DNA of 64,000 nt. It comes from Somniosus microcephalus (lineage: Eukaryota). The position numbers and the translations under genes were made by a program. The stretch covers positions 45,446,001 through 45,510,000 of the forward strand of contig CM126228.1 in assembly GCA_052327205.1 (NCBI GenBank), read 5' to 3'. This document shows positions 50,581 through 63,442 of this stretch, piece by piece. Below the pieces are notes generated by a model. That model had not been told where the DNA came from. It saw only the letters and a program-made list of their open reading frames with translations, and ran no database searches. The first letter of the stretch is position 1; each line of letters starts with the position of its first letter.

Positions 50581-51889
50581 CCTTGCAAGTTTTTAAAATT
50601 TTTTAAGTTTTTTAAAATGGCGGCTTCCCGCGCTTGTCTTCTTCCCCCGCCTACTAAAATGGCGGCTTCCTGCGTTTGGCGGTCTTTCCCGCGCTCGTCT
50701 TCTTCCCCGCCGACTACAATGGCGGATTCCCGCGTTTGCCTTCTTCCCCCGCTGGCTGCAATGGCGATTGCCTTGCTGCTGCCGTTCTCGCCTCCCCAGT
50801 GGTCCTGACTCCCCGACGCTGCTTTGCCTTGCAGCCCCGCTTGCAGCCCGGTCCTTTACACCAGCTGCGTTTGAATTCTCCGCGGCTCTCGTGCCTTAAG
50901 CTTCTCAACTCCCCGACGCTGCTTTGCCTCGCAGCCCCGCTCGCAGCCCGGTCCTGTACACCGGCTGCATTTGAGTTCTCCGTGGCTCTCGAGCCTTAAG
51001 CTGCCCCAGTCGCTGCGCCTCTCGGCCTCGATTGCAGCCCGGCCCTTTCTACCGGCCGTGGTCGAGCTCTCCGCCCTTATTCCTCCGTTTTCCCTCCCCT
51101 ACTCCACAGTCAACGCGGCCGACTTTCTGCTCGTGTCGCTGATCGGCTTACCCACCACCGTGGTAGAAGGGATGATCACTGCCTGTCGCTGATGGAGGGC
51201 TTCGTGGTCAGAATTCTTTTTCTTTTTAACCCGGGTTCTCGATGCCTCCCGTGCGATGGTGCTCAGCAGGATGATGAGGGCGGATGCCTCTTCTCGACGC
51301 CCGTTTTGAGGACGAAGCTGCCTTGGATGTAAATTTGCCGCAGGGTAAGATCGGACTCGTCGCCACTGTTGAGCCTGTATGTTCCAGTTATGTTTAGGAT
51401 TAATCACTGGACACAGACAACAAGAATAACTTTTAACAGGTCTTTACTATTCGAAGGTCAGGGCTGAACTGCCCAGCAAATCCTTGCACAACACTTATAT
51501 ACCGGTGTGGTCACCACCGGTATTACAGTATTACAGTATACAGCAGCCAAGAGAAAGTAGTACATCTCTTAAGGTAGTTCTCTTTAAGGTGGAACAGGTT
51601 ACATACACCACAGTTAGCACCTGACCTTTCAGCTGGACTTTGCAACAGATTTTATCTATCGAAAACCTACTTGCACCTGTAGGTAAAAATCAGCCCCATT
51701 CTCTCCCTCTCCAATCCTCCCAGTTCCACCTGTCACTCCCTTCCGCATTAATGCTGGCACTCTCTTCCCAACCTAACCAGAGCAATGGCGAATATCCACA
51801 GACAGTTCACTTGCACCTGGGGAAGGCAACCCAAACGTCAAACACCAAACAGTGTGCTGTACAAGCTGTCACTATGTTCACCCAACCAG

Positions 51890-53885
51890 AATACAGAGGA
51901 GAACTGGAAAAGGAAATAAGAGGGGCAAAGAGAGTGTATGAGAATAGATTAGCAGGTAACAGAAAAGGGAACACTAAAGACTTTTATAGACATATAAATA
52001 ATAAAAGGATAGTCAAAGTAAGGGTGGGGCCAATTCGGGACCAAAAAGGAGATGATCTTGTGGAGACAGAGGGCATGACTGAGGTGTTAACTGAGTACTG
52101 GGCAGTAAAGGAAGAATTTGGAAAGAAATTTGGATAGGATAAAAATGAAGAGGAGATGCTTAAAAGGCTGCCAGCACTCAAAGTAGAAGAGTTACCCAGC
52201 GGAAATCGCAGAGGCTCTGGCCACACTCTTCCAATCCAAGATATGGGAGCGCTGCCAGAGGACTGGAGAGTTCCAAATCTTACACCCCTGTTTAAAAAGA
52301 GCAGATCAATAGGGCAACCAGAGGCCAGACAGCCTAACGTCAGTGGCGGGGAATCTTTTAGAGTCCATAATCTGGGACTAAATTGATTGTCACTTGGAAA
52401 AGCATGGGTTAATAAATGACAGCCGGCACTAATTTTGAAAAGGCAAATTGTGTCTGGCAAACTTGATTGAGTTCTTTGATGAAATAACAGAGAGGATTGA
52501 CGAAGGTAGTGCAGTAGATGTTGTATATATAGAATTTCAAAAGGCGTTTAATAAAGTCCCACATAATAGACTTGTTAGCAAAAACATTTTTTTTATTAGT
52601 TTATGGGATGTGGGCGTCGCTGGCAAGGCCAGCATTTATTGCCCATCCCTAGTTGCCCTTGAGAAGGTGGTGGTGAGCTGTCTTCTTGAACCACTGCAGT
52701 CCATGTGGTGAAGGTGCTCCCACAGTGCTGTTACGGAGGGAGTTCCAGGATTTTGACCCAGCGACGATGAAGGATCGGCAATAAACTTATAAGTCAGGAT
52801 GGTGTGTGACTTGGAGGGGAATTTGGAGGTGGTGGTGTTCCCATGCGCCTGCTGCCCTTGTCCTTCTAGGTGGTAGAGGTCGCGGGTTTGGGAGATGCTG
52901 TCGAAGGAGCCTTGGCGAGTTGCTGCAGTGCATCTTGTAGATGGTACACACTGCAGCCATGGTGCGCTGGTGGTGGAGGGAGTGAATGTTTAAGGTGGTG
53001 TTTAAGGGGTGCCAATCAAGCGGGCTGCTTTGTCCTGGATGGTGTCAAGCTTCTTGAGTGTTGTTGGAGCTGCACTCATCCAGGCAAGTGAAGAGTATTC
53101 CATCACACTCCTTATGTTTCTATGTTTCTATGTTTACTTGTGCCTTGTAAATGGTGGAAGGACTTTGGGGAGTCGGGAGGTGAGTCACTCGCCGCAGAAT
53201 ACCTGACCTCTGACCTGCTCTTGTTGCCACAGTATTTATGTGGCTGGTCCAGTTAAGTTTCTGGTCAATGGTGACCCCCAGGATGTTGATGTTGGGGGAT
53301 TCAGCGATGGTAATGCCGTTGAATGTCAAGGGGAGGTGTTTAGACTCTCACTTGTTGGAGATAGTCATTGCCTGGCACTTGTGTGGTGCAAATATTACCT
53401 GCCACTTATCAGCCCAAGCTTGAACGTTGTCCAGGTCTTATTGCATATGGGCATGGACTGCTTCACTATCTGAGGAGTTGTGAATGGCGCTGAACACTGT
53501 GCAGTCATCAGCGAACATCCCCATTTCTGACCTTATGCATGTTGGGATTAAAGGGGCAGTGGCATTGTGGATACAAAATTGGCTAAGAGACAGAAAGCAG
53601 AGAGTTGTGATGATCGGTTGTTTTTCAGACTGGAGGGAAGTAAAAGGTTGTGTCCCTCAGGGGCCGAGATTAGGACCACTGCTATTTTTGATAATTATTA
53701 ATGACCTGGACTTGGGTATAAATGGCATAATTTCAAAGTTTGCAGATGACACAAGACTCGGAAATGTAGTATACAGTGAGGAGGATAAGAGCAGACTTGA
53801 GGAAGACATAGACAGACTGGTGAAATGGGCAGACACATGGCAGATGAAATTTAAGGCAGAGAAATGTGAAGTGATGCATTTTGAA
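51890..53885 (+). mobile_element. Old CR1 ORF2, split by LINE family B
   Basis: Degraded RT motifs at 51890-52585 and 53538-53885 are colinear. Confidence 0.8.
52585..53537 (-). mobile_element. LINE family B 3' part
   Basis: MTFNGITIAESPNINILGVTIDQKLNWTSHINTVATRAGQR. Confidence 0.82.
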
Positions 53886-54605
53886 AGTACCTGTGCCGGC
53901 TCTTTGAAAGAGCTCTCCAATTCGACCCATTCCCCTGCTCTATCCCTAAAGCCCAGCAAATTTTTTGTTTTGAAGTATTTAACCAACTCCATTTGAAAGT
54001 TACTGTTGAATCTGCTTCCACCGCCCTGTCAGGCAGCGCGTCCCAGATCATGACAACTCGCTGCGTAAAAAACATTCTCTTCATTCCCTTCTGGTTCTTT
54101 TGCCAATTATCTTAAATCTGTGTCCTCTGGTTACCGACCCTTCTGCCAGGGGAAAAAGTTTTAAACACCTCTATTAAATCTCCCCTTAACCTTCACTACC
54201 CTAAGGAGAACAATCCCAGTTTCTCTAGTCTCTCCACATAACTGAAGTCCCTCATCCCTGATACCATTCTGGTCAATCTTCTCCACACCCTCTCTAAAGC
54301 CTTGACATCCTTCCTAAATGTCATGACCAGAATTGAACACAATACTCCAGCTGAACCTAACCAGTGATTTATAAAAGTTTAGCATAACTTCATTGTTTTT
54401 GTACTCTATGCCTCTATTTATAAAGCCCAGAATTCTGTATGTTATTTGATAGCATCCTCGACTTGTCCTGCAGCCTTCAAAGATTTATGTATGTGAATCC
54501 CCAGGTCCCTCTGTTCCAGCAACCCCTTTAAAATTGTACCATTTTATTTATATTGCCTCTCCATATTCTCCCTTTCAACATGTATCACTTCTCTGCATTA
54601 AACTT
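53886..54605 (-). mobile_element. CR1 3' segment in inverted orientation
   Basis: FFTQRVVMIWDALP on the minus strand; begins where the + segment stops. Confidence 0.78.
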
Positions 54606-54731
54606 AATTAAACTTGTAATATAAAGACTCCCCTTGAGGTAAGTTCCTGGATCTTACAGTTGGCCAGCAGAGTTCCCAAAGGCCCTGCTGTCTGAGCTAA
54701 CACTCCTTTCGCTGAAAATCACTTACCAAAT

Positions 54732-55260
54732 ATCAGCTTGGTGCAGTTGGCACTTGATGCGCCATCAATTACTCAAAAGACTGAGGTTAAGCGAGTAACA
54801 ACCAGGCTTTTATTAACTAAAGAATGAAGGTCTAGTCTCGAGTGGTCGACCCATTCAGAATACTAAGGGACTGGGAGGTAGTCACTTATATACCTGGAAT
54901 AGTGGGAGGAGTCAGCCGAGGCATGTCCAGACCTGTACCTAGTGGAATACACATACACATACAGACAGGTATAACAGTGGTTTACCACAGCACTCTGACT
55001 TTGAGTTAGAAGGTTGTGTGTCCAAGCTCTGCTCCAGGGCTGGATCACATATTCTCTGATACTCCAGTGCAGCACTGAGGGAATGCTGCATTGTTGAAGG
55101 TGCTATCAACGCCCTACCATTCTGTCCAGTTAGATGTTAAAGATCCCGGGGCAGTTCTCGAAAAAGACAACATAGTTCTTCTGTTGTCTTGACCGACCTT
55201 CTAAGAAAAAAATAAACCAGTTACTATTCATGGTGCTTGTCTGTGGGACCTTGCTGTGCG
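54732..55260 (+). mobile_element. SacSINE1-like SINE, diverged and 3'-truncated
   Basis: GTGCAGCACTGAGGGAATGCTGCATTG, GATGTTAAAGATCCC and GTGGGACCTTGCTGTGCG. Confidence 0.7.
54755..54989 (-). mobile_element. Solo LTR (235 bp) inserted in a SINE head
   Basis: TG...CA ends, 5-bp TSD GCACT (54750-54754 and 54990-54994), TATATAA and AATAAA on the minus strand, same TGTGGT start as the other two LTR families. Confidence 0.85.
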
Positions 55261-58200
55261 GTCCCACGTCGAGGTCCTGCACAGCAACAGTAGGTAAACC
55301 ATTCTACAAACAAATTCAGGGTGGTGGGAGAGCGCTGGGGCAGGACCTCTGCCTGAAACTTTGGCCTCTCTATGACCGCTTCCCAAATTGCCACTGTGGC
55401 AGTCCAACAGAAACCTCCGCCCCATTGTGCCGCCAGTAACTGGGAGTGGCGGCCATCCTCTGCGAGGGGAGCGGCTGGCTGGGCTGCCCCATCACACACC
55501 TGCAGACTCGCAGCTGCACCCTGGGTTTCCTTTACCTTTATTTATTTTCCTTGTCACTTCTTAGCCCCTCCCCCCTTCAGCCTTGGTAAAAAGCTGCCGA
55601 TGGGCTGAGAAGGCTGGAGAATATGTGTGTGTGCCCCTATTCTGCCATTTCCTTTCTGTTGTCCTGGTCACTTTAAATTTCACCGAAACACCGTTTCCCA
55701 CTCCTTCGACTCAGAGTTGTGAATCATTATGCAAATGAGATGACCCTGCCAAATTGAATGCGATTAGCACATTACCATTCGCTCAAGAGCTGCCCTTGTT
55801 CTTAACCATTTAGAATATATTCATATCAGCACATATAATCTAGCCTCAAAATCAATAGAGTTTAGATAGAAGCTGTCTTTTCCTGTTAAACTTCAAAATG
55901 GAGTTTGGCCGTCTGTAGGAGATGGGCCAGGGCGACTGGCCTGATAAGCGAGCAGATATCTGTTGGTAGAAATTCAAATGCGCAAAGTTTTAGGCCATGG
56001 CCATGTGAGACCCAGACAGCACGTGTCAAATTGCTCATTAATATGCCGTGCAATAGTCCTTTGCATGGTGTCTTTGACTGTGGGTGAAGGAAGCCATCTT
56101 TGCATAGCCAGAACATTGTACAAGGGCTGTGCGCATCCCCTGTACTCTTTAGGTTAGTTTCAGTTGAGTCCAAGTTCACAGTTCCACTCTGTGCAATGGG
56201 TAGGAATATTGCCTCACCCATCTACAAACGGGAAGTCCAACAAAGACTGGTTTCTCCACAAGTCATGCTGATCACCAGACTTTGTTAGATTAACAGACTG
56301 CGTAAGATATATATTCTGAAGAAGATATCTTAAACCCTAGTGAACTGATTTTCTCATTATTGTTTTCTAAGTACGTGTTCTGCTTTTGTGGAACTATCTT
56401 ACATATAAATTAATTTAATTATTAGGCTTAGCCTGAGCATAGTGGACTGATATAACGGTATTTCTTGATGGTAAAGCAAATGTTCATCATTTCCACCCTT
56501 GACCAATTTTTAAGGGGAACATTGACCAGGAATTTTGTCAAAGTTGCTCCCGCTCCATCGCGGTAACTCTTTTTTTATTCATTCACGGGATGTGGGCGTC
56601 ACTGGCAAGGCCAGCATTTATTGCTCATCCCTAAATGCCCTATGGAAGATGGTGGTGAGCCGCCGCCTTGAACCGCTGCAGTCCATGAGGTGAAGGGACT
56701 CCCACAGTGCTGTTAAGTAGGCAGCTCTAGGATTTTGATCCAGCAATGACGAAGGAACAGCGATATATTTCCAAGTCAGGATGGTGTGTAACGTGGAGGG
56801 GAACTTGGAGGTGGTGGTGTTCCCCTGCGCCTGCTGCCCTTGTCCTTCTAGGTGGAAGAGGTCGTGGGTTTGGGAGGTGCTGTCGAAGAAACCTTGGTGA
56901 GTTGCTGCAGTGCATCTTGTAGATGGTACACACTGCAGCCATGGTATGCCGGTGGTGGAGGGAGTGAATGTTTAAGGTGGTGGATGGGGTATCTTTGACT
57001 GTGGGTAAGGGAACCCATCTTTGGATAGCCATAACATTGTACAAGTGCTGTGCGTATCTCCTGTACTCTTTAGGTTAATTTCAGTTGAGTGTCCTGAATG
57101 GTGTCGAGCTTCTTGAGTGCTGTTGGAGCTGCACTCATCCAGGCAAGTGGAGAGTATTCCATCGCACTCCTGACTTTTTCCTTGGAGATGATGGAAAGGC
57201 TTTGGGGAGTCAGGAGGTAAGACACTTGCCACAGAATGCCCAGCCTCTGACCTGCTATTATAGCCACAGTATTTATGTGGCTGGTCCAGTTAAGTTTCTG
57301 GTCAATGGTGACCCCCTGGATGTTGATGGTGGGGGATTCGGCGATGGTAATATCATTGAATGTCAAGGGGCGGTGGTTAGACTCTCACTTGTTGGAGATG
57401 GTAATTGCCTGGCACTTGTGTGGTGCCCTTGAGAAGTAACGACGGAAGAATATTACTTGTTACTTATCAGCCCAAGCCTGAATGTTGTCCAGGTCTTGCT
57501 GCATGCGGGCATGGACTGCTTCATTATCTGATGGGTTGTAAATGCAACTGAACACTGGGCAATCATCAGCGAACATCCCCACTTCTGAACTTATGATGGA
57601 GAGAAGGTTATTGATGAAGCAGCTGAAGATGGTTGGGCCTTGGACACTGCCCTGAGGAACTTGATTGATAGTGTGACGTAACTCACATAAATGGGCTTTC
57701 CACCGCACTTCAGATGAAGTTACAGTGGCGGAGCAACAACAGCTCCGAGGAAATTCACACACATTATCGTGCTTGAATTTCAGAGTAGACAAGACATTGC
57801 GGTGGGCATCCTATGGCATCTTGTGTGCATTATACCAAAGTACAAGTGTAACTCTCAGTGCTGCGGGACAGTATCCTGTTCAAGGTGAACATAAGGGGGT
57901 AGTTTCAGTTTATAGGAGATTTGGTCTGCCTTTGGAAACTCCCTTTATACTGTGAACACAAATTAAGAGTGTTTGCAAAATGGCCCAAACTGTAACAAGT
58001 TTAATGGCTCCATCAAAATAGCGACAGAGGCATGCCACATGTTCAGTTTTTGTCTCCTAATATTGTTGCCAGATTCAACAGTCTTCCCAGTGATCCCAGC
58101 AGGAGTTTTCAGGAATGTTTAATTGTTCGATTGGAGAACAAGCCTTACGCACCAGGGAATGCCTCCATTCTGACCACACAACATGCGGTCCCACGTCGAG

Positions 58201-61110
58201 GTCCTGCACAGCAACAGTAGGTAAACCATTCTACAAACAAATTCAGGGTGGTGGGAGAGCGCTGGGGCAGGACCTCTGCCTGAAACTTTGGCCTCTCTAT
58301 GACCGCTTCCCAAATTGCCACTGTGGCAGTCCAACAGAAACCTCCGCCCCATTGTGCCGCCAGTAACTGGGAGTGGCGGCCATCCTCTGCGAGGGGAGCG
58401 GCTGGCTGGGCTGCCCCATCACACACCTGCAGACTCGCAGCTGCACCCTGGGTTTCCTTTACCTTTATTTATTTTCCTTGTCACTTCTTAGCCCCTCCCC
58501 CCTTCAGCCTTGGTAAAAAGCTGCCGATGGGCTGAGAAGGCTGGAGAATATGTGTGTGTGCCCCTATTCTGCCATTTCCTTTCTGTTGTCCTGGTCACTT
58601 TAAATTTCACCGAAACACCGTTTCCCACTCCTTCGACTCAGAGTTGTGAATCATTATGCAAATGAGATGACCCTGCCAAATTGAATGCGATTAGCACATT
58701 ACCATTCGCTCAAGAGCTGCCCTTGTTCTTAACCATTTAGAATATATTCATATCAGCACATATAATCTAGCCTCAAAATCAATAGAGTTTAGATAGAAGC
58801 TGTCTTTTCCTGTTAAACTTCAAAATGGAGTTTGGCCGTCTGTAGGAGATGGGCCAGGGCGACTGGCCTGATAAGCGAGCAGATATCTGTTGGTAGAAAT
58901 TCAAATGCGCAAAGTTTTAGGCCATGGCCATGTGAGACCCAGACAGCACGTGTCAAATTGCTCATTAATATGCCGTGCAATAGTCCTTTGCATGGTGTCT
59001 TTGACTGTGGGTGAAGGAAGCCATCTTTGCATAGCCAGAACATTGTACAAGGGCTGTGCGCATCCCCTGTACTCTTTAGGTTAGTTTCAGTTGAGTCCAA
59101 GTTCACAGTTCCACTCTGTGCAATGGGTAGGAATATTGCCTCACCCATCTACAAACGGGAAGTCCAACAAAGACTGGTTTCTCCACAAGTCATGCTGATC
59201 ACCAGACTTTGTTAGATTAACAGACTGCGTAAGATATATATTCTGAAGAAGATATCTTAAACCCTAGTGAACTGATTTTCTCATTATTGTTTTCTAAGTA
59301 CGTGTTCTGCTTTTGTGGAACTATCTTACATATAAATTAATTTAATTATTAGGCTTAGCCTGAGCATAGTGGACTGATATAACGGTATTTCTTGATGGTA
59401 AAGCAAATGTTCATCATTTCCACCCTTGACCAATTTTTAAGGGGAACATTGACCAGGAATTTTGTCAAAGTTGCTCCCGCTCCATCGCGGTAACTCTTTT
59501 TTTATTCATTCACGGGATGTGGGCGTCACTGGCAAGGCCAGCATTTATTGCTCATCCCTAAATGCCCTATGGAAGATGGTGGTGAGCCGCCGCCTTGAAC
59601 CGCTGCAGTCCATGAGGTGAAGGGACTCCCACAGTGCTGTTAAGTAGGCAGCTCTAGGATTTTGATCCAGCAATGACGAAGGAACAGCGATATATTTCCA
59701 AGTCAGGATGGTGTGTAACGTGGAGGGGAACTTGGAGGTGGTGGTGTTCCCCTGCGCCTGCTGCCCTTGTCCTTCTAGGTGGAAGAGGTCGTGGGTTTGG
59801 GAGGTGCTGTCGAAGAAACCTTGGTGAGTTGCTGCAGTGCATCTTGTAGATGGTACACACTGCAGCCATGGTATGCCGGTGGTGGAGGGAGTGAATGTTT
59901 AAGGTGGTGGATGGGGTATCTTTGACTGTGGGTAAGGGAACCCATCTTTGGATAGCCATAACATTGTACAAGTGCTGTGCGTATCTCCTGTACTCTTTAG
60001 GTTAATTTCAGTTGAGTGTCCTGAATGGTGTCGAGCTTCTTGAGTGCTGTTGGAGCTGCACTCATCCAGGCAAGTGGAGAGTATTCCATCGCACTCCTGA
60101 CTTTTTCCTTGGAGATGATGGAAAGGCTTTGGGGAGTCAGGAGGTAAGACACTTGCCACAGAATGCCCAGCCTCTGACCTGCTATTATAGCCACAGTATT
60201 TATGTGGCTGGTCCAGTTAAGTTTCTGGTCAATGGTGACCCCCTGGATGTTGATGGTGGGGGATTCGGCGATGGTAATATCATTGAATGTCAAGGGGCGG
60301 TGGTTAGACTCTCACTTGTTGGAGATGGTAATTGCCTGGCACTTGTGTGGTGCCCTTGAGAAGTAACGACGGAAGAATATTACTTGTTACTTATCAGCCC
60401 AAGCCTGAATGTTGTCCAGGTCTTGCTGCATGCGGGCATGGACTGCTTCATTATCTGATGGGTTGTAAATGCAACTGAACACTGGGCAATCATCAGCGAA
60501 CATCCCCACTTCTGAACTTATGATGGAGAGAAGGTTATTGATGAAGCAGCTGAAGATGGTTGGGCCTTGGACACTGCCCTGAGGAACTTGATTGATAGTG
60601 TGACGTAACTCACATAAATGGGCTTTCCACCGCACTTCAGATGAAGTTACAGTGGCGGAGCAACAACAGCTCCGAGGAAATTCACACACATTATCGTGCT
60701 TGAATTTCAGAGTAGACAAGACATTGCGGTGGGCATCCTATGGCATCTTGTGTGCATTATACCAAAGTACAAGTGTAACTCTCAGTGCTGCGGGACAGTA
60801 TCCTGTTCAAGGTGAACATAAGGGGGTAGTTTCAGTTTATAGGAGATTTGGTCTGCCTTTGGAAACTCCCTTTATACTGTGAACACAAATTAAGAGTGTT
60901 TGCAAAATGGCCCAAACTGTAACAAGTTTAATGGCTCCATCAAAATAGCGACAGAGGCATGCCACATGTTCAGTTTTTGTCTCCTAATATTGTTGCCAGA
61001 TTCAACAGTCTTCCCAGTGATCCCAGCAGGAGTTTTCAGGAATGTTTAATTGTTCGATTGGAGAACAAGCCTTACGCACCAGGGAATGCCTCCATTCTGA
61101 CCACACAACA
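55257..61110. repeat. Direct tandem duplication of a 2927-bp unit (55257-58183 / 58184-61110)
   Basis: All ORFs recur at +2927 with identical translations; no differences seen by eye; TG microhomology at the junction. Confidence 0.97.
56570..57660 (-). mobile_element. LINE family B 3' part (duplicated at 59497-60587)
   Basis: VPQGSVQGPTIFSCFIN, MFADDC, IDQKLNWTSHINTV. Confidence 0.82.
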
Positions 61111-61464
61111 TGTAAGGGAACAATACGCAAGGTAAAAGTGGAAGAAAGTTGACCGCTGGGAGCACAGTCCATTACTGTAAAATTTTATTTCAGGTCAGCT
61201 CTCCATTAAGTGCTGAAATTTGGGACCTGCTAAGATCAGCTTCGAGCCCTGCAATATCCTCCGGCATTATGTGAGGCACATAATGTACCTGTACCTGAAT
61301 GTGCAATGAGTATATGGGTCGCAATCAAGCTATTATGTCTGACTTAATAGTAAAACAGATTCGTTTTTTTTTTCTGGACTTTGAGTTACCTGGGCAAAGT
61401 TCTCAAAGGTTAATCTTTCTGGATTATTCATTGAAAGCCACAACTGCGCCTAACCAAAACATTT

Positions 61465-61890
61465 AAAACATAAAATAGGAACATCGGGACAGGAGTGGGC
61501 CATTCAGCCCCTCGAGCCTGTTCAATTAGATCAGGGCTGATCTGTGCCTCTACCCCATTTACCCACCTTTGCTCCATCTCCCTCGATACCCTCACCCAGC
61601 GAAGTTCTGCCAGTCTCAGCCTTGAAAGCTCCAATTAACCCCCAGCATCCACAGCCTCTTGGGGGAGAGAATTCCAGATTTCTACCACCCTTCGTGTGAA
61701 AAAGTGCTTCCTGATTCCTTTCCTGAACGGCCTGGCTCTAATTTTAAGATTCTGTCCCCTTGTTCTGGACTCCCCCCCCCCCCCCCCCCCACCAGAGGAA
61801 ATAGTTTCTCTCGATCTACTCTAGCGAATCCTTTAATCATCTTAAATACCTCGATCAGATCACCCCTTAATCTTCTATACTCAAAGTAAT
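61465..61890 (-). mobile_element. CR1 3' end
   Basis: Reverse complement of the 7670-8059 type sequence. Confidence 0.82.
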
Positions 61891-62499
61891 AAAATCATCT
61901 AATTAATAACATACAATTCACACCAACTGAAACTGATTTCTGTGCAGATTCACACTTATCAAGTACTTATGTTTAAGGTCCCAGAAGTGGTCTTGTGAAT
62001 ATGGATTAGAAAATTCAATGAGAATATTAATTTTATTCAAAATGACAGATTTTATCACCAGCAGGATCATTCCTGCTGGTGTGATTCAAGTTTGCTGGGA
62101 TTGAAAAATCGAGCAGAATTTCCATGTTGTCAGATTCCTGCTCGGATTGACCTGCTTGGGCCTCCTAGGCTACAGTAAAATGCTCAAGAGCTTGTGTCGA
62201 GTGGCACATTTAATAGTGTTGAGGTGGAAGTGAGTGGACACGGGGTCTCCCGACCACCCCAACAGGAATGCACTGAGCTCAATCCTCCCATATCAAGTTG
62301 ACAATAAAGGCCAGTGATAATCCGGCCTTTCAGGAAGTGAATCATTAAAGCTGTATTTTTGATTGCTACGATCTAAATTCTGAATCCAGAATTTGCTGTG
62401 TGACATTCCTCTGTGGTTGAGTTTTTCTTTGGAGATGGAAGACAGACATGAATGGCAATTTTGCATACACCAGAAGTAGGCTGCCTACATCTGCCCTTA

Positions 62500-63084
62500 T
62501 CAATACAGTTATGTGTACAGACCCAAGCACACCACTTGGGAATATCCAAGGAGAAATACCTTTACTATCTCTGCTTAACTAGGGAGGCAGTGACTATACT
62601 GTGCCTCCTGTTGGAATCTGTCCTAAAGACATTGACAACAGCCACAACACTGCCAGCAGCATTGAAGGTCGCCACAGCACTGAACCTTTATGTGCCCAGC
62701 TCTTTTCAAGCTAGCTCAGGGGACTTGTGCAAGCATCAGTTAATCTGTTGTGCATAGATTATCAAGCAGGTCACTGATGTGTTGTATACCAATGCAAACA
62801 CATTCATAATTTCCCCCCCCGCAGAAATTTGACAGGAGAGGCCCTGCAGTTTTTCCTCAATGTTTCAGGCATTTTTGATGGCATCACATGGCCACCTAGG
62901 ACTCTGCATGAAACATCATGGCAGTCACAAGAGCTTCTTCTCCATCGATGTGCAGGTGGCCATCTATGATTGAAGATGCCTGTGTTCTGCTCAGTAATGA
63001 TCCTGATGGCTGCAGGGACTATGTTGCATCTGTATTCATCTGTTGCAAGGGTGTCAATAGCCAGGGCAGAAGGAGCTACCCTTG
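62500..63084 (+). mobile_element. Harbinger transposase fossil
   Basis: TREAVTILCLLL..LPAALKVATALNLY.PSSFQASSGDLC. Confidence 0.65.
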
Positions 63085-63442
63085 GGGGCAAAAATTGGGT
63101 ATCGCCCATTTTGGGGCGCTAATATTGGCCGGGCACAAAGCTTAGCGCCCGGTGTTAATTATTGCTGCCGACCGCGAAATTAATCTCCATCGCCCCTGGA
63201 GGTGATTTGAGCGCTAACTCAGGCGCTACACACCTCTCTTAGGGCGCCAATGTCGGGGAGCGGGGCGCTACCTCTGAACGCTACCCAAGCTCAGGCGATG
63301 TCAGTGACCATGGAACTCAGACAGACTGGCGCCGTTCAGTTCTTAAAGGGGAGGGTCCATCTTGCTGCACAGCCTCACCCTGCTCATTGCAGCGTTTGAC
63401 CTCGGCCTGCAAGCACCTACAAATATTGCTCCAACAATTGTG

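Larger units (their letters stand above)
42429..51612 (-). mobile_element. Ty3/Gypsy LTR retrotransposon, Mag-like (outer element), complete structure
   Basis: 246-bp LTRs 42429-42674 and 51367-51612 (2 mismatches); TSD GTTAG; PBS TGGCGACGAG (complementary to the recalled tRNA-Ser(GCU) 3' end); PPT AAAAAGGGAGGAT. Confidence 0.96.
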
